64,000 nucleotides of DNA from an uncultured Clostridia bacterium (lineage in GTDB: Bacteria > Bacillota_I > Bacilli_A > RF39 > UBA660), in the NCBI GenBank assembly GCA_947643225.1, contig CANRVH010000003.1, positions 7,499 through 71,498 on the forward strand, given 5' to 3'. Below are positions 1 to 8,647 of this stretch, one piece after another. Made by a program: the position numbers and the translations under genes. The notes beneath the pieces are model-generated. The model saw only the letters and a program-made list of their open reading frames with translations, searched no databases and had not been told where the DNA came from. How positions within the stretch are numbered: position 1 is the first letter of the stretch; each line of letters starts with the position of its first letter.

Positions 1-1043
1 TATGCTCTTATTGTAGTTTTTGTAAAATTTACTATCATGAAAAGAAAGTAGAACAATATTTAAAATCTTTAAAAAAAGAAATAGAAACTTACTATCGACA
101 GGAAAAAATTTCTACTATTTATATCGGAGGAGGAACTCCAAGTGACCTTAATCTAGAAGAATTAAATATTTTATTAGATATAATTAAACTCTTAAATAAA
201 GAAAAAAATTACGAGTTTACCTTTGAATGCAATTTCGATATTACTAAAGAAAAATTACAATTATTAAAGGAAAAAGGAGTAAACCGGCTTAGTTTTGGGA
301 TAGAAACAATTCACTCTAAATATTTAAACTTATTAAATAGAATTAGCAATAAAAAAGAAATCTACTCCAAAATTTCTTTATGTCGTCAACTTGGATTTCA
401 TAATATTAATGGCGACCTGATGTATGCCTTTAAAGAAGAAACTATCCCAGAATTAAAAGAAGATCTAAATTTTCTTTTAAGTTTAAATTTAGAACACATT
501 TCTACCTATTCATTAATGATAGAAGAACATACTAAACTTTATTTAAACCACGAGCAAAACTGCGATGAAAAAAGAGATTCAAATATGTATTATACTATTC
601 ATCATATATTAAAAAAAAATCATTATGAACACTATGAAATAAGTAATTTCAGTAAAAAAGGATACCGTTCTAAACATAATATGACATATTGGAACAATTT
701 AGAATACTATGGGTTCGGACTTGGTGCCGCTGGTTATATAGATCAAGTTCGTTACTCAAATACAAAAAGTATTCAACACTATTTTAATGGAAAATATCGC
801 TATGAGGAAGAAAAAATAGATAGAAGAAATCAAATTTGTTATGAACTAATTCTAAAATTAAGAACAAGCGATGGAGTAGATCAAAAAAAATTTTTAGAGA
901 AATATCATACATCCATAGAAGAAAACTATTTTATTGATGATTTAATCAAAGAAAAAAGTTTAATCAAAAAAGAAAATAAAATATATATTCCCTATGATAA
1001 ATGGTATGTCATGAACCATATATTAGAAAGATTTGTGAGGTAA
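1..1043 (+). CDS. hemW: HemW-like radical SAM protein (heme chaperone / oxygen-independent coproporphyrinogen oxidase-like), 5' end outside window
   Basis: Frame 3 is open from base 3: CSYCSFC (radical SAM CxxxCxxC) then IYIGGGTPS, continuing in frame into the listed 420..1043 ORF. Confidence 0.8.
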   Translation, partial: CSYCSFCKIYYHEKKVEQYLKSLKKEIETYYRQEKISTIYIGGGTPSDLNLEELNILLDIIKLLNKEKNYEFTFECNFDITKEKLQLLKEKGVNRLSFGIETIHSKYLNLLNRISNKKEIYSKISLCRQLGFHNINGDLMYAFKEETIPELKEDLNFLLSLNLEHISTYSLMIEEHTKLYLNHEQNCDEKRDSNMYYTIHHILKKNHYEHYEISNFSKKGYRSKHNMTYWNNLEYYGFGLGAAGYIDQVRYSNTKSIQHYFNGKYRYEEEKIDRRNQICYELILKLRTSDGVDQKKFLEKYHTSIEENYFIDDLIKEKSLIKKENKIYIPYDKWYVMNHILERFVR

Positions 1044-1046
1044 AAA

Positions 1047-1634
1047 ATGGAAAAAGTAAAAATATTTAATGATGAAATTCATTATATCAAAAATAATCAT
1101 ATTAAAAGTAGTTTAGAAATAATGATTGAAAAATTACCAGATTATTTTTTCGAAGTTGCAGCAAGCTCTACAGGAAAATATCATCCAAACTATGCCCTTG
1201 GAAACGGAGGGTTATTAAGACATACTAAAGCAGCCGTTAGAATTGCTTATGAATTACTAAATGATCCTGCTATTGGAGATAAATATACTAGTGATGAAAA
1301 AGATTTAATGATCATGGGACTGATTCTTCATGATGGATTAAAGCATGGAATAAAAAAAGAAAAATACACTATATTTGATCATCCTCTTTTAATGGCTAAA
1401 TATATTGAAGAAAATGAAGAAGAGTTAAAATTATCTAATGAAGAAATAAAATTTTTACAAGAAGTTATTTCTAGTCATATGGGTCCATGGACAAAAGACT
1501 ATCAAGGAAATGAAATTCTTCCAAAACCAAAAAGTAAATATCAAAACTTTGTCCATATGTGTGATTATTTGGCTAGTAGAAAAACTATATTATTGCAATT
1601 TGATCAAAATAATAATGTAATTACAGACCAATAG
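1047..1634 (+). CDS. HD-domain phosphohydrolase family protein
   Basis: LRHTKAAVRIAYELL and LILHDGLKHG resemble His/Asp metal-binding motifs of the HD superfamily; 195 aa. Confidence 0.55.
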   Translation: MEKVKIFNDEIHYIKNNHIKSSLEIMIEKLPDYFFEVAASSTGKYHPNYALGNGGLLRHTKAAVRIAYELLNDPAIGDKYTSDEKDLMIMGLILHDGLKHGIKKEKYTIFDHPLLMAKYIEENEEELKLSNEEIKFLQEVISSHMGPWTKDYQGNEILPKPKSKYQNFVHMCDYLASRKTILLQFDQNNNVITDQ

Positions 1635-1639
1635 TATAG

Positions 1640-2308
1640 GTGATAAAAATGAAAGGAAAGTTTATTGTTATTGAAGGTACTGACTGTTCAGGTAAGGAAA
1701 CGCAAACCAAACTAATCGAAAAAAGATTAAAGAAAGAAGGAATCAATTGCATTAGATTTAGTTTTCCTATGTATGATACTCCAACAGGAAAGATAATAGG
1801 GGACTACTATCTAGGAAAAAAGGGAAAGAGTATTTTTAAAGAAGGAGCTGTGGCCGTTGATCCTCATATAGCAGTTTTATACTATGCAGCAGACCGAAAA
1901 TATAATATTACTAAAGCATTAGAATACTATAATAAAGGATATTATATTATTTTAGATCGCTATACTAGTTCAAACCAAGCTCATCAAGGAAGTAAAATTG
2001 ATAATCAAGATGAAAGATTTAATATGTATCAATGGATTGATAAACTAGAATATTGGCTTTTAGGACTCCCTAAACCAGATAAAACAATTTTTTTACACGT
2101 TCCTTCTATCTACGTCAAAAATTTATTAAACTCTAGAAAAGAACTTGATGATCATGAAAAAGACTTTGAATACTTAGAAAAAAGTGAAAAAGCCTATATT
2201 GAACTCTCAGAATTATACGGTTGGAATAAAATAGAATGTGTCAAAGATCAAAATCTAAAAACTATAGAAGAGATTAATAACGAAATATTAGATATTATAA
2301 AAAAATAG
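1640..2308 (+). CDS. tmk: thymidylate kinase family protein (dTMP kinase-like)
   Basis: P-loop FIVIEGTDCSGKETQ; DRYTSSNQAHQG matches the Tmk DRY..S..AYQG motif. Confidence 0.55.
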   Translation: MIKMKGKFIVIEGTDCSGKETQTKLIEKRLKKEGINCIRFSFPMYDTPTGKIIGDYYLGKKGKSIFKEGAVAVDPHIAVLYYAADRKYNITKALEYYNKGYYIILDRYTSSNQAHQGSKIDNQDERFNMYQWIDKLEYWLLGLPKPDKTIFLHVPSIYVKNLLNSRKELDDHEKDFEYLEKSEKAYIELSELYGWNKIECVKDQNLKTIEEINNEILDIIKK

Positions 2309-2335
2309 AACTATTCGGATATGAAACAGTTCTTT

Positions 2336-4063
2336 TTATTTATTAGAAATACTTGAATTATTATGAGAATCATTAGATTCTTTCTTTAAAGAGGAGAAAT
2401 CATTCATTCCATTGATAATAGGAATAATAGGTGTCTGAACATTTTCTTTCGAAACATTAGAAGAAACCATCTTTTTAGTATCTTTAGATTTCAATTTTTT
2501 AATATTAGGATTAGGGAAAAATGTCTTACTATGAGAATGATCTGATCTTCTATTTCCTTTGTTACTATTCTTATTAGTTTTAGTGTTTACTAAAGGATTT
2601 TTTTCCTTCTTCAAGTCCTGATTAGTTAAAATATTTTTACTAATCGATACAGCATTAGTTGTAGTAATTTGACCTTGATTTTGTACCCCCTCTATACCTT
2701 TTTCATTAGAATTCGCCAAAATTGATTCAGTATTTTTATTAACTATAGCATTAGAAGACTTTTCTATTTGATCAATAGTACGTTGTTCTCGTTTTTGTTG
2801 TTTTACCTCTTCTTGTTCCTTTTGAGAGGTAAGTGCTTTATTCATAACTTTAACATAACTATCATCAATATCATTATCAATCTCAATAATTCTATATATC
2901 TCTTCAAAACTAGTTAAACCATTTAAAACTTTTCCCAATCCATCTTGTAAAAGAGTAATAACATTTTCTGTTCCATAAACTAATCTTCTCAACTCCTGTT
3001 TATCAGAAATAGCATTATTAATAGCCGACTTAATTTCATCATTAATCTCAAGAACTTCCTGTATTGCAATACGGCCATGATACCCCTTATTACAACTAGG
3101 GCAACCATTTTGATTTGCTGCAAAAATTTCTCCCACTTCTTGATTTAAAGCCAACTTAAAAACCTTTCTCTCATATTCAGTAGTTTTTCTCTTTATCCGA
3201 CATTTTGTACATAAACCTTTAGCAAGTCTTTGAGAAATAATTCCTGTAATAGCACTAGAGAGTAAATACTTTTCAACATTCATATCTAGTAATCTTTCAA
3301 TTGTTGATAAAGAGTTATTCGTATGGATTGTTGATAAAACAAGATGACCTGTAATTGATGCACGAACAGCAATTTGAGCAGTCTCACCATCACGAATTTC
3401 CCCAATTAAAATGACATTAGGATCTTGTCTTAAAATAGATCTTAAAACAGCAGCAAAATCAAGACCTATTTCAGAATTGACTTGGACTTGGTTTAATCCT
3501 TCAATATTCATTTCTATAGGATCCTCTACAGTAATAATGTTAGTTCTTTCTTTATTTAAAACCTGTAAAATAGAATAGACAGTAGTACTTTTACCAGATC
3601 CTGTTGCACCTGTAACTAAAATAATTCCATTTGGCGCTGAAATCATTCTTAACAACTTTTTATAATTTTCTTGATTAAAACCAAGTTTATCCAACCCAGC
3701 TAAACTTCTAGTATAATCAAGAATACGAATAACAATTTTTTCTCCTTCATTAGTGGGAAGACAAGATACACGCATATCTAACTCTTTACCACCGAATTGT
3801 CCTTTTATCGCTCCATCTTGTGGTAAGCGACTTTCAGTAATATTCATATTAGACATTAATTTAATTCTTGTTGTCAAATTTCTTTCATATACTTTGGGAA
3901 TATAGGCATAGTCTGCTAAATCACCATCTACACGAATTCTAACCATAATTCCATTACTACGAGGGTCTAGATGAATATCAGAAGCTCCTCGTCTAGAGGC
4001 ATCAATAATAATGGCATCTGCAATTTGGGTAATTGGAGTCTTAGCAAAATCAAATGTTACCAT
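2336..4063 (-). CDS. GspE/PilB/ComGA-family type IV pilus / competence ATPase with ~180-aa low-complexity C-terminal extension
   Basis: Walker A GATGSGKSTT; Asp box and His box regions; tetracysteine CTKC...CPSC typical of PilB/GspE; long K/N/S/Q-rich tail after the ATPase core. Confidence 0.8.
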   Translation of the reverse strand: MVTFDFAKTPITQIADAIIIDASRRGASDIHLDPRSNGIMVRIRVDGDLADYAYIPKVYERNLTTRIKLMSNMNITESRLPQDGAIKGQFGGKELDMRVSCLPTNEGEKIVIRILDYTRSLAGLDKLGFNQENYKKLLRMISAPNGIILVTGATGSGKSTTVYSILQVLNKERTNIITVEDPIEMNIEGLNQVQVNSEIGLDFAAVLRSILRQDPNVILIGEIRDGETAQIAVRASITGHLVLSTIHTNNSLSTIERLLDMNVEKYLLSSAITGIISQRLAKGLCTKCRIKRKTTEYERKVFKLALNQEVGEIFAANQNGCPSCNKGYHGRIAIQEVLEINDEIKSAINNAISDKQELRRLVYGTENVITLLQDGLGKVLNGLTSFEEIYRIIEIDNDIDDSYVKVMNKALTSQKEQEEVKQQKREQRTIDQIEKSSNAIVNKNTESILANSNEKGIEGVQNQGQITTTNAVSISKNILTNQDLKKEKNPLVNTKTNKNSNKGNRRSDHSHSKTFFPNPNIKKLKSKDTKKMVSSNVSKENVQTPIIPIINGMNDFSSLKKESNDSHNNSSISNK

Positions 4064-4161
4064 TTAATCATCCCCTTTTATTCTTTACTTTTAAACGGTA
4101 TTCTACTATAATAATAAGTATATAATAATTATCTGCTTTTGACAAGAAGGAAAGAGGTTTT

Positions 4162-4839
4162 ATGAAGAAATTTTTAAATAAAAAAGGATTCGCTATGGTG
4201 GAAACCCTAATTGCTGCCGTTTCAGTAATTTCTATTTTTTCCCTTTTATATAATTTAGTTTATCCCTTACTAGGAGGATATAAAAAAAGCCAAAATTATG
4301 ACGATTTAGATAGTAAATATATTGCCTTTTACATGAAAGAAATAATTGAAACAGATAAACTAGATATTAGTAAACAATTATCAAATGAAGCAGAGTGTAA
4401 TGGTAATTGTCGTATTTATGAGACATATGCTTATATCAGCGATGAAAATGGAGAAAAGAGAATAGATTTAAATCATCTAGATATTAATGATAAAGGAGAA
4501 AGTAAGCATTACTACCTTGGAAATGAATTATGTGATATTCTATTAACAGAAAACGACATAAAAAATAACCGTTTACTTTGTAACCAATTTATTGAAAATG
4601 CCAATATAACAAAAATATACTTAATAAATTATGAAACAACAGACTTTAAAAAGTTTATTGAAAACTCTACCTTTAGTAGATCGTTAAAAGAGTATGTAAA
4701 ATATATGCCAACTCATGTTAATGCGAAAGAAGAGAAAAAAAAGAACTATTACCGATTAATTGTTGAAATTGAACATGATTCTTACAATACATCAAAAAAT
4801 GAATATTATTCCTATGCATCAATCGAGGTGAAAAAATAA
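4162..4839 (+). CDS. prepilin-type N-terminal cleavage/methylation domain protein (large pseudopilin, 225 aa)
   Basis: N-terminus KKGFAMVETLIAAV: class III signal with G/F cleavage site and Glu at +5; single hydrophobic helix. Confidence 0.6.
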   Translation: MKKFLNKKGFAMVETLIAAVSVISIFSLLYNLVYPLLGGYKKSQNYDDLDSKYIAFYMKEIIETDKLDISKQLSNEAECNGNCRIYETYAYISDENGEKRIDLNHLDINDKGESKHYYLGNELCDILLTENDIKNNRLLCNQFIENANITKIYLINYETTDFKKFIENSTFSRSLKEYVKYMPTHVNAKEEKKKNYYRLIVEIEHDSYNTSKNEYYSYASIEVKK

Positions 4840-5528
4840 TGGATATAAATAATAAAGGAATGACCTTAATAGAATTAATTATTTCCTTTGCAATTACTAC
4901 AGCAATTGTCGTTTCTATGTTTAATGTAATTTTAAATTATCAAACAGAACAATCTACAGAAACCATAAAAAGTGATATTATTTCATATAAAAACATGATC
5001 ACCAAATTAATTCAAACAGATATAATTAGAGGAGAACTAAGAAGTGTTAGAATCGATGAGAAAAAACATGAAAACAACTATACACAGTATAAATTTACTT
5101 TCAAATTTCAAAAAAGTATAGATTTCTCTCAAAAAAATAATATTTATAAAAAAGAGTTAACAATATATGCTAGTGATACTCTAAATAATTATATTATATA
5201 TGACGATGTAAATAATAAAGGACAAATACAACCTGTAAAATATTTCTTGCCAAACATCGGCACAGGGCAGATCGAAACAAAAGATCAAAATATAGTTAAT
5301 ACTAATCTTACCAAATTTACAACAATTAATACGAACATAACAGAAGATACAAACCCACATTCTTTTGATGATAATTGCTTTCTTGATCCAACTAGAAATA
5401 ATTGTATTGATGATCTAAACCAAAGAGTTAACTTCTTTAATTTAGATATTGCCATTAGTAATAATGAACTAGGTGGTGACTATCACATTAAAATAGTTGC
5501 TCCCTTAAATTACTCGTATTGTAAATAA
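4839..5528 (+). CDS. prepilin-type N-terminal domain protein (large pseudopilin, 229 aa)
   Basis: N-terminus NKGMTLIELIISFAI: G/M T L I E prepilin motif; start overlaps the stop of the upstream pseudopilin (coupled). Confidence 0.6.
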   Translation: MDINNKGMTLIELIISFAITTAIVVSMFNVILNYQTEQSTETIKSDIISYKNMITKLIQTDIIRGELRSVRIDEKKHENNYTQYKFTFKFQKSIDFSQKNNIYKKELTIYASDTLNNYIIYDDVNNKGQIQPVKYFLPNIGTGQIETKDQNIVNTNLTKFTTINTNITEDTNPHSFDDNCFLDPTRNNCIDDLNQRVNFFNLDIAISNNELGGDYHIKIVAPLNYSYCK

Positions 5529-6434
5529 AATAACCAATAAAATAGTAGAAATAGCTAAACTTGATATTCTTCCTAGAAGAAAATATCGATAGTTTAGTTT
5601 TTCTTTTGCAATTACTTCCTTTACTTGAAAGTGAACACTGATTCCACCAAATGATAAAAAAGAAATAATCAATAACAATTTAAAAAACAAAGTAATATTT
5701 AATTCATTTAAAGAAACAATTCCCTTAGTAAGATCAAATATTCCATAAATTAATGTTTGAATCAAATGATTATCAATTGAATGAGTTAAAATGTCACTAA
5801 TTGTATAGAAAAAAATCGTATTTCCTAAAATTAATAACAATATTTTTGAACTGGTTATAAATGAATTGGCCAAAGTAGTAGAAAAACTATCTCTCTTAAC
5901 CCTAGTAAGAGTAGACTTTTCCTCTAAAATCACTTTTTTAGGTCTAATTAAAAAGGCTAAAATAAAATTAGAAAGATAATGGCAAATCAAAACAATAACA
6001 GCAACTCTCTTAGAAAACAAGAAAGAAATAGTTCCCATAATAAACAAGGGATTGGAAAAATGAGTAAAGGTTAAAAGATAATGTGCTAAATCTCTAGTGA
6101 TTAGTTTTTTCTCCAAAAAAGTTGTTATATATTTCGCACCACTAGGGAAACCAGATAACATACTCATGATAACAATAAAAGAACTCATTCCAGATATATG
6201 AAATAATCTGAGAAATAATTGATCAAATATAGACTCTAAAATAGTAACAAAACCATAATTAATCAATAAATCAGACAAAGTATAGAAAAAAAACATTGCA
6301 GGAAATAACTTACCAATAAATAAATTTAACGATTCTAATACATCCTCAATTACTAAATTAGAATTTAACATTGCATAAAATAAGACAATAAATAAAAAAA
6401 TAATAATAGTTAAAGATTTTAATTTTTTCAACAT
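5505..6434 (-). CDS. polytopic membrane protein, YlbJ-like (sporulation integral membrane / nucleoside-recognition Gate-domain family)
   Basis: Around 8 predicted TM helices. In B. subtilis ylbJ sits in the same ylb cluster as ylbL, which is adjacent here. Confidence 0.4.
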   Translation of the reverse strand: MLKKLKSLTIIIFLFIVLFYAMLNSNLVIEDVLESLNLFIGKLFPAMFFFYTLSDLLINYGFVTILESIFDQLFLRLFHISGMSSFIVIMSMLSGFPSGAKYITTFLEKKLITRDLAHYLLTFTHFSNPLFIMGTISFLFSKRVAVIVLICHYLSNFILAFLIRPKKVILEEKSTLTRVKRDSFSTTLANSFITSSKILLLILGNTIFFYTISDILTHSIDNHLIQTLIYGIFDLTKGIVSLNELNITLFFKLLLIISFLSFGGISVHFQVKEVIAKEKLNYRYFLLGRISSLAISTILLVILFTIRVI

Positions 6435-6481
6435 ATTTTTCCTCTTTTTTGCTATAATTAAACATAAAGGACTGATATATT

Positions 6482-7498
6482 ATGTTTAATAAAATATATA
6501 ACTTAATTAAGAAATATATTCGAGAAAATTTTGTAGAAATGTTAATTTATCTAGCATTACTTTTTATGATACTGTGTCCTGTTGATTATTACATCATTAC
6601 TGGTGGAGGCACCTTCAATGCAGAAAAAAGAGTCAAAATGGATACTAGTTATAAAAGTAAAGGTAGCCTTAATATGTCCTATGTATCAGAAATAAAAGGA
6701 ACGATTTTTACCTATTTGCTTAGCTATGTTGTTCCTAGTTTTGAAAGAGAAAGTATTGAAGAATATAGAACTAATGAGGAAGAATCAATTACAGATATAC
6801 AATTCAGAAATAACTTATGGCTTAAACAAACAAATAATAATGCCATCTTTATTGCATACAGCAAAGCTGGTAAAAATCTACAAGAAAAATCTCACAAAAA
6901 TTATGTTTTTTATATAGATGAACAAGCTGATACAAATTTAAAAGTTGGAGATGAACTATTAAAAGTAGACAATGAAGAAATTAAAGAACTCAGTGATCTA
7001 AAAAAATATGTTCAAACTAAAAGGAAAAAAGAACAAGTTTCTTTAACGGTTATAAGAAATAAAAAAACGATTAAGTGTTATGCAAAAATATATGAAGAAA
7101 ATAATAATCTATATGTAGGTGTTTCCTTACTTGAAGATATTAATTATATAACAAATCCTTCCATTTCTTTTCAATTTAAAGATAGTGAATCTGGTCCAAG
7201 TGGTGGACTAATTATGAGTCTACAAATTTATAATATGCTAATAAAAGAAGATATTACCCATGGCTTAAAAATAGTTGGAACAGGTACCATATCTAAAGAT
7301 GGAGAAGTAGGGGAAATTGATGGAATAAAACACAAACTTAAAGGAGCAGTTAAAAATAAAGCAGATGTCTTTTTAGCACCTGCTGGTAGAAATTATGAAG
7401 AAGCAATGATGGAAAAAAAGAAAAATCATTATAAAATTAAAATTATTGAAGTAAAAACATTTGACGATGCTATTAAAAAATTAAATACATTATCATAA
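6482..7498 (+). CDS. PDZ-domain / Lon-like (S16) protease, YlbL/SepM family
   Basis: N-terminal TM; PDZ-like KVGDELLKVDNEEIKELSDL; Lon C-terminal catalytic region ESGPSGGLIMSLQIYN (Ser) ...KHKLKGA (Lys). Confidence 0.6.
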   Translation: MFNKIYNLIKKYIRENFVEMLIYLALLFMILCPVDYYIITGGGTFNAEKRVKMDTSYKSKGSLNMSYVSEIKGTIFTYLLSYVVPSFERESIEEYRTNEEESITDIQFRNNLWLKQTNNNAIFIAYSKAGKNLQEKSHKNYVFYIDEQADTNLKVGDELLKVDNEEIKELSDLKKYVQTKRKKEQVSLTVIRNKKTIKCYAKIYEENNNLYVGVSLLEDINYITNPSISFQFKDSESGPSGGLIMSLQIYNMLIKEDITHGLKIVGTGTISKDGEVGEIDGIKHKLKGAVKNKADVFLAPAGRNYEEAMMEKKKNHYKIKIIEVKTFDDAIKKLNTLS

Positions 7499-7573
7499 AT
7501 AGATAGTTACACTCTCTAAAAAGTAAAAGCAGTTAAAATTCTGGTAATAAAAAAGAGATTTCCTCATTTTTAT

Positions 7574-8500
7574 TTAAATTGCAATCAAGGTAATCTCTGT
7601 AGGATAAATTGGCGAACCACTATATCTTAGATAAAACTTATATTCTTTTGATAAGTCATAAATCATTCGAGGTATTTTCCATAAATCTTCATTATGATGA
7701 TAAACTGAAATTAAAAGTTTAGGATGATCATTTATAATATGATTTTTAGCACCTCTTATTGCCTTTTGCTCATATCCTTCGATATCCGCCTTAATTAAAG
7801 TAATAGACTCAGTAATATCATCATCTAATGTAGTTATTGCTAATACACCATTTTCATCGATTTTCAATGTATTAGCTGACTCACTACTAGAATTACTTTC
7901 CACATTCATTTTTCCAATCTGATCTCCAATACCTTTTTGTCTATACTCTATATTAGGATAGTCTTTTAGATTTTCTTTTAAAATATCAAATGTATTCGAC
8001 GTAATTTCATAACAATATATTTTTTTATAACAATCTTCGCCATAATTTTTAAAATAAGAAAGAATCGTATCTCCAGTATAAGCCCCTAAATCTACAATCA
8101 CTTCCTCTTGATTACATTTTACCAAATCTAAATCAAAATAATCATCATATAAATATTCTCTTGTTTTATTTGTTGTTATAAAATCATACTGATACCAATT
8201 ATTTAAAATAGAGTAAAGTAACTCCTTTGAACGATAATCCCCTAAATGTTGATATAACCAATCAAAATCATCTATATGATGATACAATTCTTCTGCCTTT
8301 AATTCGATTTCCTGATAGTGCTTATTTTCTATATCCAATCGTCCCCAATAATCAAATTGATTAAAAAAATACATACAGCTCTGTTTGGTCTCATCTGGTA
8401 TTTCTTCAAATTTTACTCGAATTCTATGGTACAATTCCTTTTCACTAAGCATTTTTATCTCATCAACCAAATTCTTAAATTTTTTATCAATCATATTCAT
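7574..8500 (-). CDS. FkbM-family SAM-dependent methyltransferase
   Basis: VDLGAYTGDT SAM-binding motif about 130 aa from the start; ~300 aa typical of FkbM family. Confidence 0.5.
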   Translation of the reverse strand: MNMIDKKFKNLVDEIKMLSEKELYHRIRVKFEEIPDETKQSCMYFFNQFDYWGRLDIENKHYQEIELKAEELYHHIDDFDWLYQHLGDYRSKELLYSILNNWYQYDFITTNKTREYLYDDYFDLDLVKCNQEEVIVDLGAYTGDTILSYFKNYGEDCYKKIYCYEITSNTFDILKENLKDYPNIEYRQKGIGDQIGKMNVESNSSSESANTLKIDENGVLAITTLDDDITESITLIKADIEGYEQKAIRGAKNHIINDHPKLLISVYHHNEDLWKIPRMIYDLSKEYKFYLRYSGSPIYPTEITLIAI

Positions 8501-8647
8501 TTTTCACACTCCACTTAAATATATGTTAAAAATCAAAAAAATAAAATAACCCAACCATACTTTTATAAATTAATCATTCCCTTACAAATCCCTTTTGTAA
8601 TTAATTTTTATTTGATATAATAGTTTTGTTTAGAAGTAGGTGAAACA

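Noticed and set aside
6726-6917. 63-aa ORF inside the PDZ/Lon-like gene in another frame
   Set aside because: Fully embedded in a well-supported CDS, no SD, low-complexity translation.
8318-8518. 66-aa + strand ORF overlapping the FkbM methyltransferase
   Set aside because: Antisense to a good CDS; AT-rich frame artefact.
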